Source of the DNA: Dehalococcoidia bacterium
GTDB lineage: Bacteria > Chloroflexota > Dehalococcoidia > Lucifugimonadales > UBA2985
Assembly: GCA_034421015.1 (NCBI GenBank)
Contig: DAOUKT010000037.1
Coordinates: 18,133 to 82,132 of the forward strand
Length of the DNA: 64,000 bases
Direction of reading: 5' to 3'
Shown: positions 8,939 to 18,398 of the stretch, piece by piece
Layout of the letters: each line of letters opens with the position of its first letter
Numbering within the stretch: position 1 is the first letter of the stretch
Notes under the pieces: generated by a model
Database searches by the model: none
What the model saw: only the letters and a program-made list of their open reading frames with translations
Told to the model about the DNA's origin: nothing
Made by a program: the position numbers and the translations under genes

Positions 8939-9133
8939 ATGTGGGTCGATTTCAAGAAAGCGCCAAACCTGATGATTGCGGAGATGTGGAAGGAGATCCT
9001 CGAAGGAGAGGGCCTGCCTACCCATCTGCTGCCGGAAGGCGATATCCTGTCCTGGGGAGAACGGGTGCCGTTTCGAGTGATGGTTCCCAGGGGCAGGGAG
9101 CACGTTGCCGAGGAGATTCTGCGGAAGCTGTAG
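8939..9133 (+). CDS. Small DUF2007-like (putative signal-transducing, beta-alpha-beta fold) protein embedded in the nuo operon
   Basis: 64 aa: MWVDFKKAPNLMIAEMWKEILEGEGLPTHLLPEGD...FRVMVPRGREHVAEEILRKL. The pattern resembles DUF2007 (xAExxxxxLExxGIP...V.VPxxxxxxAxxIL). The ATG lies 5 nt after the nuoK stop. Confidence 0.5.
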   Translation: MWVDFKKAPNLMIAEMWKEILEGEGLPTHLLPEGDILSWGERVPFRVMVPRGREHVAEEILRKL

Positions 9134-9195
9134 GGGACACCCCATTGCAGTTCGACCGGCAAAAGATAATGTTCAAGGGAGAAGCGTAAGGAACT

Positions 9196-11241
9196 ATGAC
9201 TGAAGCAGCGGCCTGGGCCATTCTCTTTCTGCCTCTGGCCTCTTTTGCAATTATTGCCTTTGTCATCAGGCCCTTCTTCAACCGCTTCCAAGCCCTGAGC
9301 GGCTATGTGACCATTGCGGCCATTGGCGCGGCCTTCGTCCTGTCCGTACAGGCCCTGATCGCCGTCTGGGACGGACATGGCGAGATTGGCTGGGACCCCC
9401 ACTCCTGGATTGTAATTGGAGACATGGAGATTGCCCTCGGCATCCTCATGGACCCCCTCACGGCCGTGCTGCTGGTGGTGATAACCGGCGTGAGCCTGCT
9501 GGTGCAGGTCTACTCCCAGGGGTACATGCACGGGGACCCGGGCTACTCCCGCTACTTCAGCTTCATGTCCCTGTTCACGGCCTCCATGCTGGGGCTGGTG
9601 CTGGCCAGCAACATCATCCAGTTGTACGTATTCTGGGAGCTGGTCGGGCTCTGCTCATACCTGCTCATCGGCTTCTGGTACAACAGGCCATCGGCGGCGG
9701 CCGCGGCCAAGAAGGCGTTCATAGTCACCCGGCTTGGCGACGTGGGCTTCCTCCTGGCAATCCTCTATCTCTTCCACAACAAGGACGCCTTCATATCCCA
9801 GGGCCTCAACCCCTTCGAAATCTCCCACATCAACCTGATAGCCGCCGGCGGCGAGACGATGGCCGGGGCGCAGATCGTTGCGCTGGGCACCGGCGTCGTC
9901 ACCTGGATTGCCCTGGGCATCTTCGCGGGCGCGGTGGGCAAGTCGGCCCAGTTCCCGCTGCACGTGTGGCTCCCGGACGCAATGGAAGGCCCCACGCCGG
10001 TGAGCGCCCTCATTCACGCCGCAACGATGGTTGTCGCAGGCGTGTTCCTGGTGGCCCGTTTCTTCCCGCTCTTCGAGGCTTCAACCACGGCCATGAATAC
10101 GGTGGCGATTATCGGCGGGTTCACCGCTATTTTCGCAGCCAGCATGGGGCTGGTGATGAACGACATCAAGCGGGTGCTGGCCTACTCGACTGTGAGCCAG
10201 CTGGGGTACATGATGCTGGCGCTGGGCGTCGGCGCATACGAGGCCGCCATCTTCCACCTGTTCAATCACGCCTTCTTCAAGGCCCTGCTGTTCCTTGGCT
10301 CCGGCAGCGTGCAGCACGCCTCCGGCACCTTCGACATGCGATTCATGGGAGGCCTCAGAAAGCACATGCCCTGGACCTACGCCACCTTCTTCATCGCCGC
10401 GCTGAGCATCTCCGGCATCTTCCCCCTGGCAGGCTTCTGGAGCAAGGACGAGATCCTGGCAGGGGCCTTCAACCACGGCGGCGAAATCGGCAGCATAGTC
10501 TTCATTCTGGCCATAGTGGCCGCGTTCATGACGTCCTTCTACATGTTCCGCGCCCTGTTCATGACCTTCCACGGGGAGTTCAGGGGCGGCGCGGAGGCTG
10601 AGCACGCCGGGCAGGCATCGGACCACGGCCTGCACCTAGCCGAGCAGGAGAGCCACGAGGGGGAGCACGCCGTGCACCTGAAAGAGTCGCCCCTGGTGAT
10701 GGCAATACCGATGATCATACTTGGCGTCCCGTCAATCGTCTCCGGGTTCCTGGGCAACCCCATCAACGCATCCTGGGGCCTCGGGATTGTCGAGGCGCAC
10801 TGGTTCGCGCACCTCATGGGCTACGTTGACCTGGTCAACGTCGAGCCCGCTGCATTCGATATTACGATTGCTTCCGCGTCCACGGTGGTGGCGCTGGCCG
10901 GCATCGGGCTCGCCTATCTGATGTACCAGAGCCGCGCCGTCAAGCCGGAGGCCGTTGGGTCGGCGCTGAAGCCAGCCTACGTGGCCGCCTCCGACAAGTA
11001 CCACTTCGACCAGGTCTACGAGGACTGGATAACCCGGCGCTCGTTCTACAGGGTGCTGGCCGGAGGCACGGACTGGTTCGACAGGAACATCGTGGACAAG
11101 TTCGTGGAAGCGATAGGTTTCCTGGGCCGCAACCTGGGCCGAGCCGTCGGCGCGCTGGAGACGGGTCAGGTGCAGGCTTACGGAATAGGCATATCCGCGG
11201 GCGTGCTGCTAATCGTCGTGGGATTCCTGATATGGGACTGA
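9196..11241 (+). CDS. nuoL: NADH-quinone oxidoreductase subunit L
   Basis: 681 aa antiporter-like subunit. Contains WELVGLCSYLLIGFWY...KSAQFPLHVWLPDAMEGPTPVSALIHAATMVVAGV, plus a C-terminal lateral-helix region. Confidence 0.96.
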   Translation: MTEAAAWAILFLPLASFAIIAFVIRPFFNRFQALSGYVTIAAIGAAFVLSVQALIAVWDGHGEIGWDPHSWIVIGDMEIALGILMDPLTAVLLVVITGVSLLVQVYSQGYMHGDPGYSRYFSFMSLFTASMLGLVLASNIIQLYVFWELVGLCSYLLIGFWYNRPSAAAAAKKAFIVTRLGDVGFLLAILYLFHNKDAFISQGLNPFEISHINLIAAGGETMAGAQIVALGTGVVTWIALGIFAGAVGKSAQFPLHVWLPDAMEGPTPVSALIHAATMVVAGVFLVARFFPLFEASTTAMNTVAIIGGFTAIFAASMGLVMNDIKRVLAYSTVSQLGYMMLALGVGAYEAAIFHLFNHAFFKALLFLGSGSVQHASGTFDMRFMGGLRKHMPWTYATFFIAALSISGIFPLAGFWSKDEILAGAFNHGGEIGSIVFILAIVAAFMTSFYMFRALFMTFHGEFRGGAEAEHAGQASDHGLHLAEQESHEGEHAVHLKESPLVMAIPMIILGVPSIVSGFLGNPINASWGLGIVEAHWFAHLMGYVDLVNVEPAAFDITIASASTVVALAGIGLAYLMYQSRAVKPEAVGSALKPAYVAASDKYHFDQVYEDWITRRSFYRVLAGGTDWFDRNIVDKFVEAIGFLGRNLGRAVGALETGQVQAYGIGISAGVLLIVVGFLIWD

Positions 11242-11265
11242 AACAAGGTATATTGAGGTAGATTA

Positions 11266-12765
11266 GTGCTCTCTATCCTGGTTTTCCTCCCCCTCGCGGG
11301 GGCGCTGGTCATCCTCCTGCTCAGGCGGGCGGAGCATATCCGCGTGTGGGCCGCGCTGGTCACTATATCGGAGCTGGCCCTTGCGATTGTCGCCTTCGTC
11401 GACTTCCGGTCCAGCGAAGCCGGTAAGAATGGCGGCATGGCGCTTGTGGAGCGGTACGAGGACTGGATCCCCGCCCTCGACATCCAGTACCACCTTGGCG
11501 TGGACGGCCTGAGCATGCCCCTTGTGCTCCTGACTGCACTCCTTGGGATGTGCGCCGTCTTCGCATCCTGGAACGGCATCCAGGACCAGGTGAAAGAGTA
11601 TTTCATGTGGCTGCTGCTCCTGCAGACGGCGGTCATGGGCGTGTTCGTCTCACTGGACCTCATCCTGTTCTTCATCTTCTGGGAGCTTGAGCTTCTGCCC
11701 ATGTACTTCCTCATCTCCAAGTGGGGCAGCGGGCGCAGGCAGTACTCGGCGATGAAGTTCCTGGTCTTCACATTCCTGGGCAGCGCCTTCATGTTCGTCG
11801 GCATCCTCGCGCTCTACTTCTCCGTTGGAACGTTCAACATCGTGGAGCTGCCGGCTGCCGTGGCCGGCGCCCAGCTTCTCCTGCCGGCGGTCTCCATCTT
11901 CGGCCTGCTCTTCATTGCATTCGCGGTCAAGCTGCCCGTCTGGCCCGTCCACACGTGGCTGCCGGACGCCCACACCGACGCCCCCACAGCCGTCAGCGTG
12001 ATGCTGGCCGGAGTCCTCCTTAAGATGGGCGGATACGGCATGATTCGCATAGCGGTGGGCATTCTACCCGCACCGGCCCAGGAGTACGCATGGCTGCTGG
12101 CGACGCTGGCGGTCATAAGCGTGCTGTACGGCGCAATTGTGACCATCAGGCAGACCGACCTCAAGCGGCTCATCGCGTTCAGCAGCATAAGCCACATGGG
12201 ATACGTTCTCCTGGGAATATCGTCCGTCGTGGGCGTGAGCGGCACCGTGTCTCCCGTGGGACTGACCGGAGCGGCCATGCAGATGTTCACCCACGGAACC
12301 ATCACGGGCCTCCTGTTCCTGATGGTGGGTATGGTGTACGAGAAGGCGCACACCCGCCACATCCCGGACATGAGCGGCCTGGCCAACCGGATGCCGCTGA
12401 CGGCGATAGTCTTCGTGCTCGCCGGGCTGGCCTCCCTTGGCCTGCCGGGAACCAGCGGCTTCGTATCCGAGCTCCTGGTCTTCCTTGGCACGTTCGAGGT
12501 GTGGGCGTGGATAACGGCGCTGGCGGTGTTCGGCATCGTCATCACCGCCGGGTACATCCTGTGGACGCTCCAGCGCGTGTTCTTCGGCCCTCAGACCCAA
12601 CGCTTCGCCGACATTGGCGACGCCACGCCTGTGGAGATGATCCCAATGGCGGCCCTGGTAATATCGATAATGGTTGTCGGCGTCTACCCGGCGATATTCA
12701 CGGACCTGTTCCAGATTGGGCTTGAGCCCATAGTCGAGTCACTCCAGCTTCTGGGAGCGCCATGA
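11266..12765 (+). CDS. nuoM: NADH-quinone oxidoreductase subunit M
   Basis: 499 aa. Contains FFIFWELELLPMYFLISKWG...KLPVWPVHTWLPDAHTDAPTAVSVMLAGVLLKMGGYG. Confidence 0.95.
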   Translation: MLSILVFLPLAGALVILLLRRAEHIRVWAALVTISELALAIVAFVDFRSSEAGKNGGMALVERYEDWIPALDIQYHLGVDGLSMPLVLLTALLGMCAVFASWNGIQDQVKEYFMWLLLLQTAVMGVFVSLDLILFFIFWELELLPMYFLISKWGSGRRQYSAMKFLVFTFLGSAFMFVGILALYFSVGTFNIVELPAAVAGAQLLLPAVSIFGLLFIAFAVKLPVWPVHTWLPDAHTDAPTAVSVMLAGVLLKMGGYGMIRIAVGILPAPAQEYAWLLATLAVISVLYGAIVTIRQTDLKRLIAFSSISHMGYVLLGISSVVGVSGTVSPVGLTGAAMQMFTHGTITGLLFLMVGMVYEKAHTRHIPDMSGLANRMPLTAIVFVLAGLASLGLPGTSGFVSELLVFLGTFEVWAWITALAVFGIVITAGYILWTLQRVFFGPQTQRFADIGDATPVEMIPMAALVISIMVVGVYPAIFTDLFQIGLEPIVESLQLLGAP

Positions 12766-12778
12766 AGGTGAACAAAGC

Positions 12779-14266
12779 ATGACCCTCCACGACGTATATC
12801 TCCTTTCACCGGAGCTTTCTCTGGCGGCCGTTGGGCTTGCCATAATCATCCTTGACCTGGTGATAGAGCGAAAGAGCGTGCTTGCGGCCTTGGCCGTGAT
12901 CGGGCTGGTCGTGCCCCTGGCGTTCAGCATCGCTCTCTTCGGCGACCTGAGCGGCGAGCCCAACGAGCAGATGACGGGGATCTTCGGCACCCTGGTTGTG
13001 GACAAGTTCGCCCTGTTCTTCAAGTTCCTGGTGCTGGGCATCCTGGCCCTGGTTATCATGGCTTCCGTCGACTACGTGTCCAAGATGCGCTACTTCCAGG
13101 GCGAATACTACGGCCTGATGGTGTTCTCGGCCGGCGGCATGATGCTCCTGGCCTCGACCACCGAGCTTATCTCAATCTACATTGCCCTGGAGCTGACGGC
13201 GCTGCCCCTTGCCGCTCTCGCCGCCTTCCTGCGGGACTCCCGCTCCAGCGAGGCCGGGATCAAGTTCCTTCTGCTCAGCGCGATGAGCTCCGCTGTGCTC
13301 CTGTACGGCATGGTGCTGACGTTCGGGTTCACGGGAACGACCCAGCTGCCGGAGATATTCGAGAGGCTGGGATCCTCAATTGAGTCCGATGTCTCCTTCG
13401 GCAGCCCGGCGCTGTTCCTGGGCGTGATTCTCATTGTGGCCGGCTTTGGATTCAAGATTTCCTCTGTGCCGTTCCAGATGTGGGTCCCCGACGTCTACGA
13501 AGGCGCGCCCACGCCCATCACGGCCTTCCTGTCCGTGGCCAGCAAGGCGGCGGGCTTCGCCGTCATCCTGCGGGTGTTCTACCTGGCTTTCGGCGAGATC
13601 AGCCTGGACTGGGGCATACTCTTCGCCGCCCTCAGCGCGCTGTCGATGACGGTGGGCAACCTTGTGGCCATAGCCCAGAGCAACATCAAGCGTATGCTGG
13701 CCTACAGCACCATCGCGCAGGCCGGATACCTGATGGTCGGCGTGGCGGCAATTGCCGTCCGGGTGCCGGAGGGGGAGACCCCCATCGGCCCGAGCAGCGT
13801 CCTCTTCTACCTGGGCGCATACGCCGTGACCAACCTGGCGGCCTTCTTCGCCATCATCGCCATCACCACCCGGACCGGCAGCGACCTGATCAGCAGCTTT
13901 GCAGGGATGGGGAAACGAGCGCCCGTTCTCGCCCTGGTGCTTGCCTTCTCTCTGGTCTCACTGACGGGCATCCCACCGACCGCGGGCTTCATGGGCAAGC
14001 TGTACCTCTTCAGCGCCGCCGTCAAGAGCGACCTGGTGTGGCTGGTGGTTGTTGGAGTGGTGAACAGCGTCCTCTCCGCCTACTACTACGTCAAGGTCAT
14101 CCGGACCATGTACATGGAGAAGCCGGAGTCCGAGGAGCCTGTGACGACGACCTACGTGCCGCAGGTCGCGATTTACGCATCCGGAATAGGCATCCTGGCG
14201 CTGGGCATCTTCCCCGGGCCGCTGATCGAGTTTGCGGAAGCTGCAGCCGAAGTCCTGTTCCTGTAG
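12779..14266 (+). CDS. nuoN: NADH-quinone oxidoreductase subunit N
   Basis: 495 aa. Contains KISSVPFQMWVPDVYEGAPTPITAFLSVASKAAGF...KRMLAYSTIAQAGY. Confidence 0.95.
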   Translation: MTLHDVYLLSPELSLAAVGLAIIILDLVIERKSVLAALAVIGLVVPLAFSIALFGDLSGEPNEQMTGIFGTLVVDKFALFFKFLVLGILALVIMASVDYVSKMRYFQGEYYGLMVFSAGGMMLLASTTELISIYIALELTALPLAALAAFLRDSRSSEAGIKFLLLSAMSSAVLLYGMVLTFGFTGTTQLPEIFERLGSSIESDVSFGSPALFLGVILIVAGFGFKISSVPFQMWVPDVYEGAPTPITAFLSVASKAAGFAVILRVFYLAFGEISLDWGILFAALSALSMTVGNLVAIAQSNIKRMLAYSTIAQAGYLMVGVAAIAVRVPEGETPIGPSSVLFYLGAYAVTNLAAFFAIIAITTRTGSDLISSFAGMGKRAPVLALVLAFSLVSLTGIPPTAGFMGKLYLFSAAVKSDLVWLVVVGVVNSVLSAYYYVKVIRTMYMEKPESEEPVTTTYVPQVAIYASGIGILALGIFPGPLIEFAEAAAEVLFL

Positions 14267-14278
14267 ACCTTGGGGTGG

Positions 14279-14764
14279 CTAGCCCTGCACCGACTCACCC
14301 GGTAAAGTCACCTTGGCCAAAAGCTCATCGTGGGAGATGAGCGCAGCGCCCAGGGCTTCAGCAAACCGTCCGGCAACCTCTTCGTCGTCATCTGCGAAGT
14401 GATGGACGTCGTACGGCCCCACCATGACGAAGGGGTACATGGGCTGGTGGCGGTAGCTGTCGTCCCACTGGGCCCGGGAGCCGTGGCTGATCGGTAGAGT
14501 GACAGAGTGTGTGACGTCCATCCTCACGTTGCCCGTCCACTCCTCCTTGACCAGGTGCAAGCGGTTGGACTCGTCCCGGCTGGCGTAGCGGAGCAGTTCG
14601 TGAAGGTTTGCATGCCACTCGAAGTTCTCGCATATATCGCAGCCGTTGATTTTCAGGAAGGGCCTGAAGCTCGTAGTCGCCGTCTGTCTTTCCAGCATAG
14701 GGGCAGGTTCCCTCCGATTGAATGCGTCCTGCCGAAAGCCGACCTGAAGTCGACCCTCAGCCAT
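14279..14764 (-). CDS. Hypothetical protein (no family recognised)
   Basis: 161-aa ORF with AAGGGGA 8 nt before the ATG. Its composition looks coding, and the overlapping plus-strand ORF 14507..14944 is Arg/Pro junk. I recognised no motif. Confidence 0.5.
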   Translation of the reverse strand: MAEGRLQVGFRQDAFNRREPAPMLERQTATTSFRPFLKINGCDICENFEWHANLHELLRYASRDESNRLHLVKEEWTGNVRMDVTHSVTLPISHGSRAQWDDSYRHQPMYPFVMVGPYDVHHFADDDEEVAGRFAEALGAALISHDELLAKVTLPGESVQG

Positions 14765-14837
14765 CTGATCTGTCCCCTTAATTTAGCACTGGGCATTTGG
14801 CGGTGTCCAGTTCGTTTCGTTGACACCCCACAAGCGT

Positions 14838-15004
14838 TGGCTATGGCGCGCGACACCGCTCATCCTGAGCTTGTCGAAGGAAATGAGCGGTGGCAAATAC
14901 GCCTACAGCCTTCCCACTCAAATGGTTCGACAGGCTCACCATGAGCGGGAAGGGAGTTGCGCTACATCCGACGTTGGCATTTACCAACTCGTGTAGAGAA
15001 TATC
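14838..15004. mobile_element. MITE-like two-hairpin element, copy A (left end truncated), flanked by 33-bp direct repeats
   Basis: Core ATGGCGCGCGACACCGCTCATCCTGAGCTTGTCGAAGGAAATGAGCGG...CTCAAATGGTTCGACAGGCTCACCATGAGCGGG...GTGTAGAGAATATC aligns with 36714..36855. It is flanked by GTCCAGTTCGTTTCGTTGACACCCCACA(A/G)GCGT at 14805..14837 and 15005..15037. Confidence 0.7.
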
Positions 15005-15019
15005 GTCCAGTTCGTTTCG

Positions 15020-15048
15020 TTGACACCCCACAGGCGTGATGCTAGACT
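15020..15048 (+). promoter_or_regulatory. Near-consensus sigma-70-like promoter upstream of nadK
   Basis: TTGACA (15020..15025), a 17-nt spacer, then TAGACT (15043..15048). The -35 half is duplicated at 14820..14825 within the 33-bp direct repeat. Confidence 0.55.
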
Positions 15049-15120
15049 GCCCTTGCCGATGCCGGAATCAGTTTATCCCGTACGGACGTACACGACGCCT
15101 TGGCCTGTGAAGGAGCTGCG

Positions 15121-15996
15121 ATGAGTAGCCCAGGGAACATCGGCATTGTATACAATCCCCGCGTGGCCCCGGCGGAGCCCCTCGCCCGGCAGCTGGCGGA
15201 GAGACTTGACTCACTGACACGCACCTGGGTGATTGCAATGGCCGAGGTCGAGGCCGCACAGCTGCCCGCTGACACCTCCCTCATCATCACCGTGGGCGGC
15301 GACGGCACCATTCTCTGGGCGGCGCAGATGGCCGCTCCCAACGGCATACCCATCCTGGGCGTTAACCTGGGAAGGGTTGGCTTTATGACGGAGCTGAAGG
15401 CGGATGAGGCGGTGGACAGGGTAGGGGACTACCTGGACGGCCGGGTGTGGGTGGAGGAGCGCTCCATGCTCCAAGCGAGGCTTTCCCCGGGCGGAGCGTC
15501 CGATGAGACTGAGCAGACGTTCCACGCCCTCAACGACGTGGTCGTGGGGCGAGACACCCTGTCCCGGGTGGTCCATCTTGAGGTCCACATTGACGGGGCG
15601 CTGTTCACCACGTACCGCGCAGACGGCGTAATCGTGGCCACGGCTACGGGCAGCACCGGATACTCCATATCGGCGGGCGGGCCCATTCTGCACCCCCAGT
15701 CCCGGGACCTGCTCATCAACCCGGTAGCCACGCACCTGGGGTTGCACACGCCAATCGTTCTCTCGCCGGACTCCATGGTCGATGTCGCCCTCCGCTCCGA
15801 CTACCAGGCGATGCTCAGCGTCGACGGGCGGATGGACGTGCCTCTGGAGCCGGGTACAGTCGTTCACATAGCCAGGAGCCCGCAAACTGCCACTTTCCTG
15901 CGCTCCGGGCCTCCAAACCAGTTCTACGCCCAACTCACGGAGCGACTCAGCCCTGACTTCCGCTCCACCACGCCGCGGGTAACGTCCTTCACGTAG
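15121..15996 (+). CDS. nadK: NAD(+) kinase
   Basis: Contains GGDGTILWAAQ, NLGRVGFMTE, NDVVV and ATATGSTGYSISAGGPIL. Start at ATG 15121, behind GAAGGAG. Confidence 0.93.
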   Translation: MSSPGNIGIVYNPRVAPAEPLARQLAERLDSLTRTWVIAMAEVEAAQLPADTSLIITVGGDGTILWAAQMAAPNGIPILGVNLGRVGFMTELKADEAVDRVGDYLDGRVWVEERSMLQARLSPGGASDETEQTFHALNDVVVGRDTLSRVVHLEVHIDGALFTTYRADGVIVATATGSTGYSISAGGPILHPQSRDLLINPVATHLGLHTPIVLSPDSMVDVALRSDYQAMLSVDGRMDVPLEPGTVVHIARSPQTATFLRSGPPNQFYAQLTERLSPDFRSTTPRVTSFT

Positions 15997-16004
15997 GAGC
16001 CCAA

Positions 16005-16544
16005 TTGCTGGATGAACCGACCATAGAGAGCCGACGCGTCTACGACGGCCGGATTATCGGCGTCAGGGTGGACACCATCAGCCTGCCAGGCGGCGGGACC
16101 TCCCAGCGGGAGATCGTCGAGCACGGCGCGTCCGTCGTAGTCGTACCCGTGGACGACCAGGGACGCGTGCTCCTGGTGCGGCAGTACCGCAAGCCGCCGG
16201 AGATGGCCCTTCTGGAGGCCCCGGCCGGTGGCCTGGAGGAGGGCGAGTCGCCGGAGGACGGGGTGAGGAGAGAGCTACAAGAGGAGATCGGCTTCATTCC
16301 GGGTCGGATACAGGGCATGGGCGGCTTCTGGATGGCCCCGGGCTTTTGCACGGAGTACATGTACGCCTTCATCGCCACAGACCTCACACAGTCCGCGCTG
16401 CCGCCGGACGAAGACGAGAACATAGAGGTTGAGACAGTCCCCCTGAGCGAGACGCCGGAGCTAATCCGCTCCGGGGAGATACAGGACGCCAAGTCCATTT
16501 CGGCGCTGCTGATGGCGATACACATGTACGCCGATTCATTGTAA
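16005..16544 (+). CDS. Nudix hydrolase (ADP-ribose pyrophosphatase-like)
   Basis: Nudix box GGLEEGESPEDGVRRELQEEIGF, with an NudF-like N-terminus (VYDGRIIGVRVDTISLPGG). Confidence 0.88.
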   Translation: MLDEPTIESRRVYDGRIIGVRVDTISLPGGGTSQREIVEHGASVVVVPVDDQGRVLLVRQYRKPPEMALLEAPAGGLEEGESPEDGVRRELQEEIGFIPGRIQGMGGFWMAPGFCTEYMYAFIATDLTQSALPPDEDENIEVETVPLSETPELIRSGEIQDAKSISALLMAIHMYADSL

Positions 16545-16606
16545 ATTCCTTCACTATCTGGTATATTTAAGGGCGATTTTTCGCAGGAAATGAGGAGGGT
16601 CTAGCT

Positions 16607-18283
16607 ATGCTGGGACACGATGTCCTGGTGATAGGAGCAGGACTGGCGGGCCTCAGGGCTGCTTTGGCCGCCAGCAACAAGGGGGCAGACGTGGCCGTCG
16701 CCACCAAGGTCCATCCCGTTCGCAGCCATTCCAACGCCGCCCAGGGCGGCATCAACGCGGCCCTCACTCACCGCGGCGACAACTGGGAGGAGCACGCCTT
16801 TGAGACGGTCAAGGGCAGCGACTACCTGGGAGACCAGGACGCCATTGAGGTCATGTGCCAGGAGGCCGGACAGGCCATAATCGAACAGGAGCACATGGGC
16901 GTCATCTTCAACCGGGACGAGACGGGCCACCTGGGCACCCGCAACTTCGGAGGCCAGCAGCGGGCCCGGACGTTCTTCGTGGCGGACTTCACGGGCCAGG
17001 CCATGCTCCACGTGATGTACGAGCAGATAATGAAGGCCGGCGTCCGCGTCTACGAGGAGTGGTTCGTCAACTCGCTGGTCATTGAGGACGGGGAGTGCAG
17101 GGGCGCAGTGGCGATGGACATGATGACCGGCCAACTCCACGTCATCAAGGCCAAGGCCGTCATTATGGCGGCGGGCGGCCTGGGGCGCGCCTTCGAGCCG
17201 ACCACCAACGCGCTGATATGCACCGGCGACGGGATGTCGCTGGCCTACCGGGCCGGAGCGCCTCTCATGGACATGGAGATGGTGCAGTACCATCCAACCA
17301 CTCTCAAGAGCAACGGCGTTCTCATCACCGAGGCCGCCAGGGGAGAGGGGGCATACCTCCTCAACTCCAAGGGGGAGCGGTTCATGGAGGGGTACGCTCC
17401 GAACATGCTTGAGCTTGCCTCCCGGGACGTGGTATCGCGGGCGGAGCAGACTGAGATCAACGCCGGAAGGGATATTGACGGCTGCGTCCTGCTGGACCTC
17501 CGGCACCTGGGCCGCCAGAAGATACACGAGCGGCTCCAGTACATCAACGAGGTCTCTATGGACTTCCTGGGCATCGACCTGGCTGAGCAGCCGGTGCCGG
17601 TACGCCCGGGAATGCACTACCAGATGGGCGGAGTCAAGACAGACGTCGACGGCGCGACGGTCGTGCCGGGGCTGTACGCCGCGGGCGAGTGCGCCTGCGT
17701 CAGCGTACACGGCGGCAACCGGCTGGGCGCCAACTCGCTGCTGGACACGATAGTATTCGGGCGCAGGTCCGGAGAGGCCGCGGCGATGTACGCCCAGGAG
17801 ACACCGGACAGAAGCGTGTCGGAAACCCGGCTGTCCGTGGACGAGAATGAAGTCAAGGACCTGCTGTCCCGCGGGGACAACGGCGATACGCCCGCAAAGA
17901 TACGATACGAAATGGGCGTGACGATGAACGAGCACGTGGCCGTCTTTCGCACTGAAGAGGGCATGAAGACGGCCCAGAAGAAGCTTCAGGAGCTGCGGGA
18001 CAGGTACGGCAGGGTCCCCGTGCAGGACAAGGGGAGCGTATTCAACACCAACCTGATCTTCGCTCTGGAGCTTGGCTTCATGCTGGACTGCGCAGAGACA
18101 ATCGCAGTGAGCGCGCTGGAGCGGAAGGAGAGCAGGGGGGCGCACTTCCTGGTGGAGAAGCCTGAGAGGGACGACGAGAACTGGATCAGGCACATATCGG
18201 TGGAGCACTCGGCGGACGGCCCAAAGCTGGGCAACGTGCCCGTGACCATCACCCAGTGGCAACCCCAGGTCAGGTCGTACTAG
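16607..18283 (+). CDS. sdhA: Succinate dehydrogenase/fumarate reductase flavoprotein subunit
   Basis: Contains DVLVIGAGLAGLRAAL, RSHSNAAQGGINAA, QYHPTT, GGNRLGANSLLD and ERKESRGAHF. Confidence 0.96.
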   Translation: MLGHDVLVIGAGLAGLRAALAASNKGADVAVATKVHPVRSHSNAAQGGINAALTHRGDNWEEHAFETVKGSDYLGDQDAIEVMCQEAGQAIIEQEHMGVIFNRDETGHLGTRNFGGQQRARTFFVADFTGQAMLHVMYEQIMKAGVRVYEEWFVNSLVIEDGECRGAVAMDMMTGQLHVIKAKAVIMAAGGLGRAFEPTTNALICTGDGMSLAYRAGAPLMDMEMVQYHPTTLKSNGVLITEAARGEGAYLLNSKGERFMEGYAPNMLELASRDVVSRAEQTEINAGRDIDGCVLLDLRHLGRQKIHERLQYINEVSMDFLGIDLAEQPVPVRPGMHYQMGGVKTDVDGATVVPGLYAAGECACVSVHGGNRLGANSLLDTIVFGRRSGEAAAMYAQETPDRSVSETRLSVDENEVKDLLSRGDNGDTPAKIRYEMGVTMNEHVAVFRTEEGMKTAQKKLQELRDRYGRVPVQDKGSVFNTNLIFALELGFMLDCAETIAVSALERKESRGAHFLVEKPERDDENWIRHISVEHSADGPKLGNVPVTITQWQPQVRSY

Positions 18284-18398
18284 CAGTGCTCTCGATTCGC
18301 CGATACTCCCGCGTCGCTGCCAATCGCAGCAGCCATTTCACATCCAAACCGGAGACTCCCGGGAACGCGAGTCAGTCCCTTCTACAGGAGGACCTGTA

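Noticed and set aside
8941-9189. 82-aa ORF in an alternative frame overlapping the DUF2007-like ORF.
   Set aside because: It is Arg/Gly/Pro-rich and featureless, with no SD. The 8939..9133 frame gives a foldable beta-alpha pattern and begins right after the nuoK stop.
16601-18262. 553-aa ORF antisense to sdhA.
   Set aside because: The plus-strand product has unmistakable SdhA flavoprotein motifs. The antisense translation is low-complexity Arg/His/Pro/Val-rich sequence with no motifs. Such stop-free antisense frames are a typical high-GC artefact.
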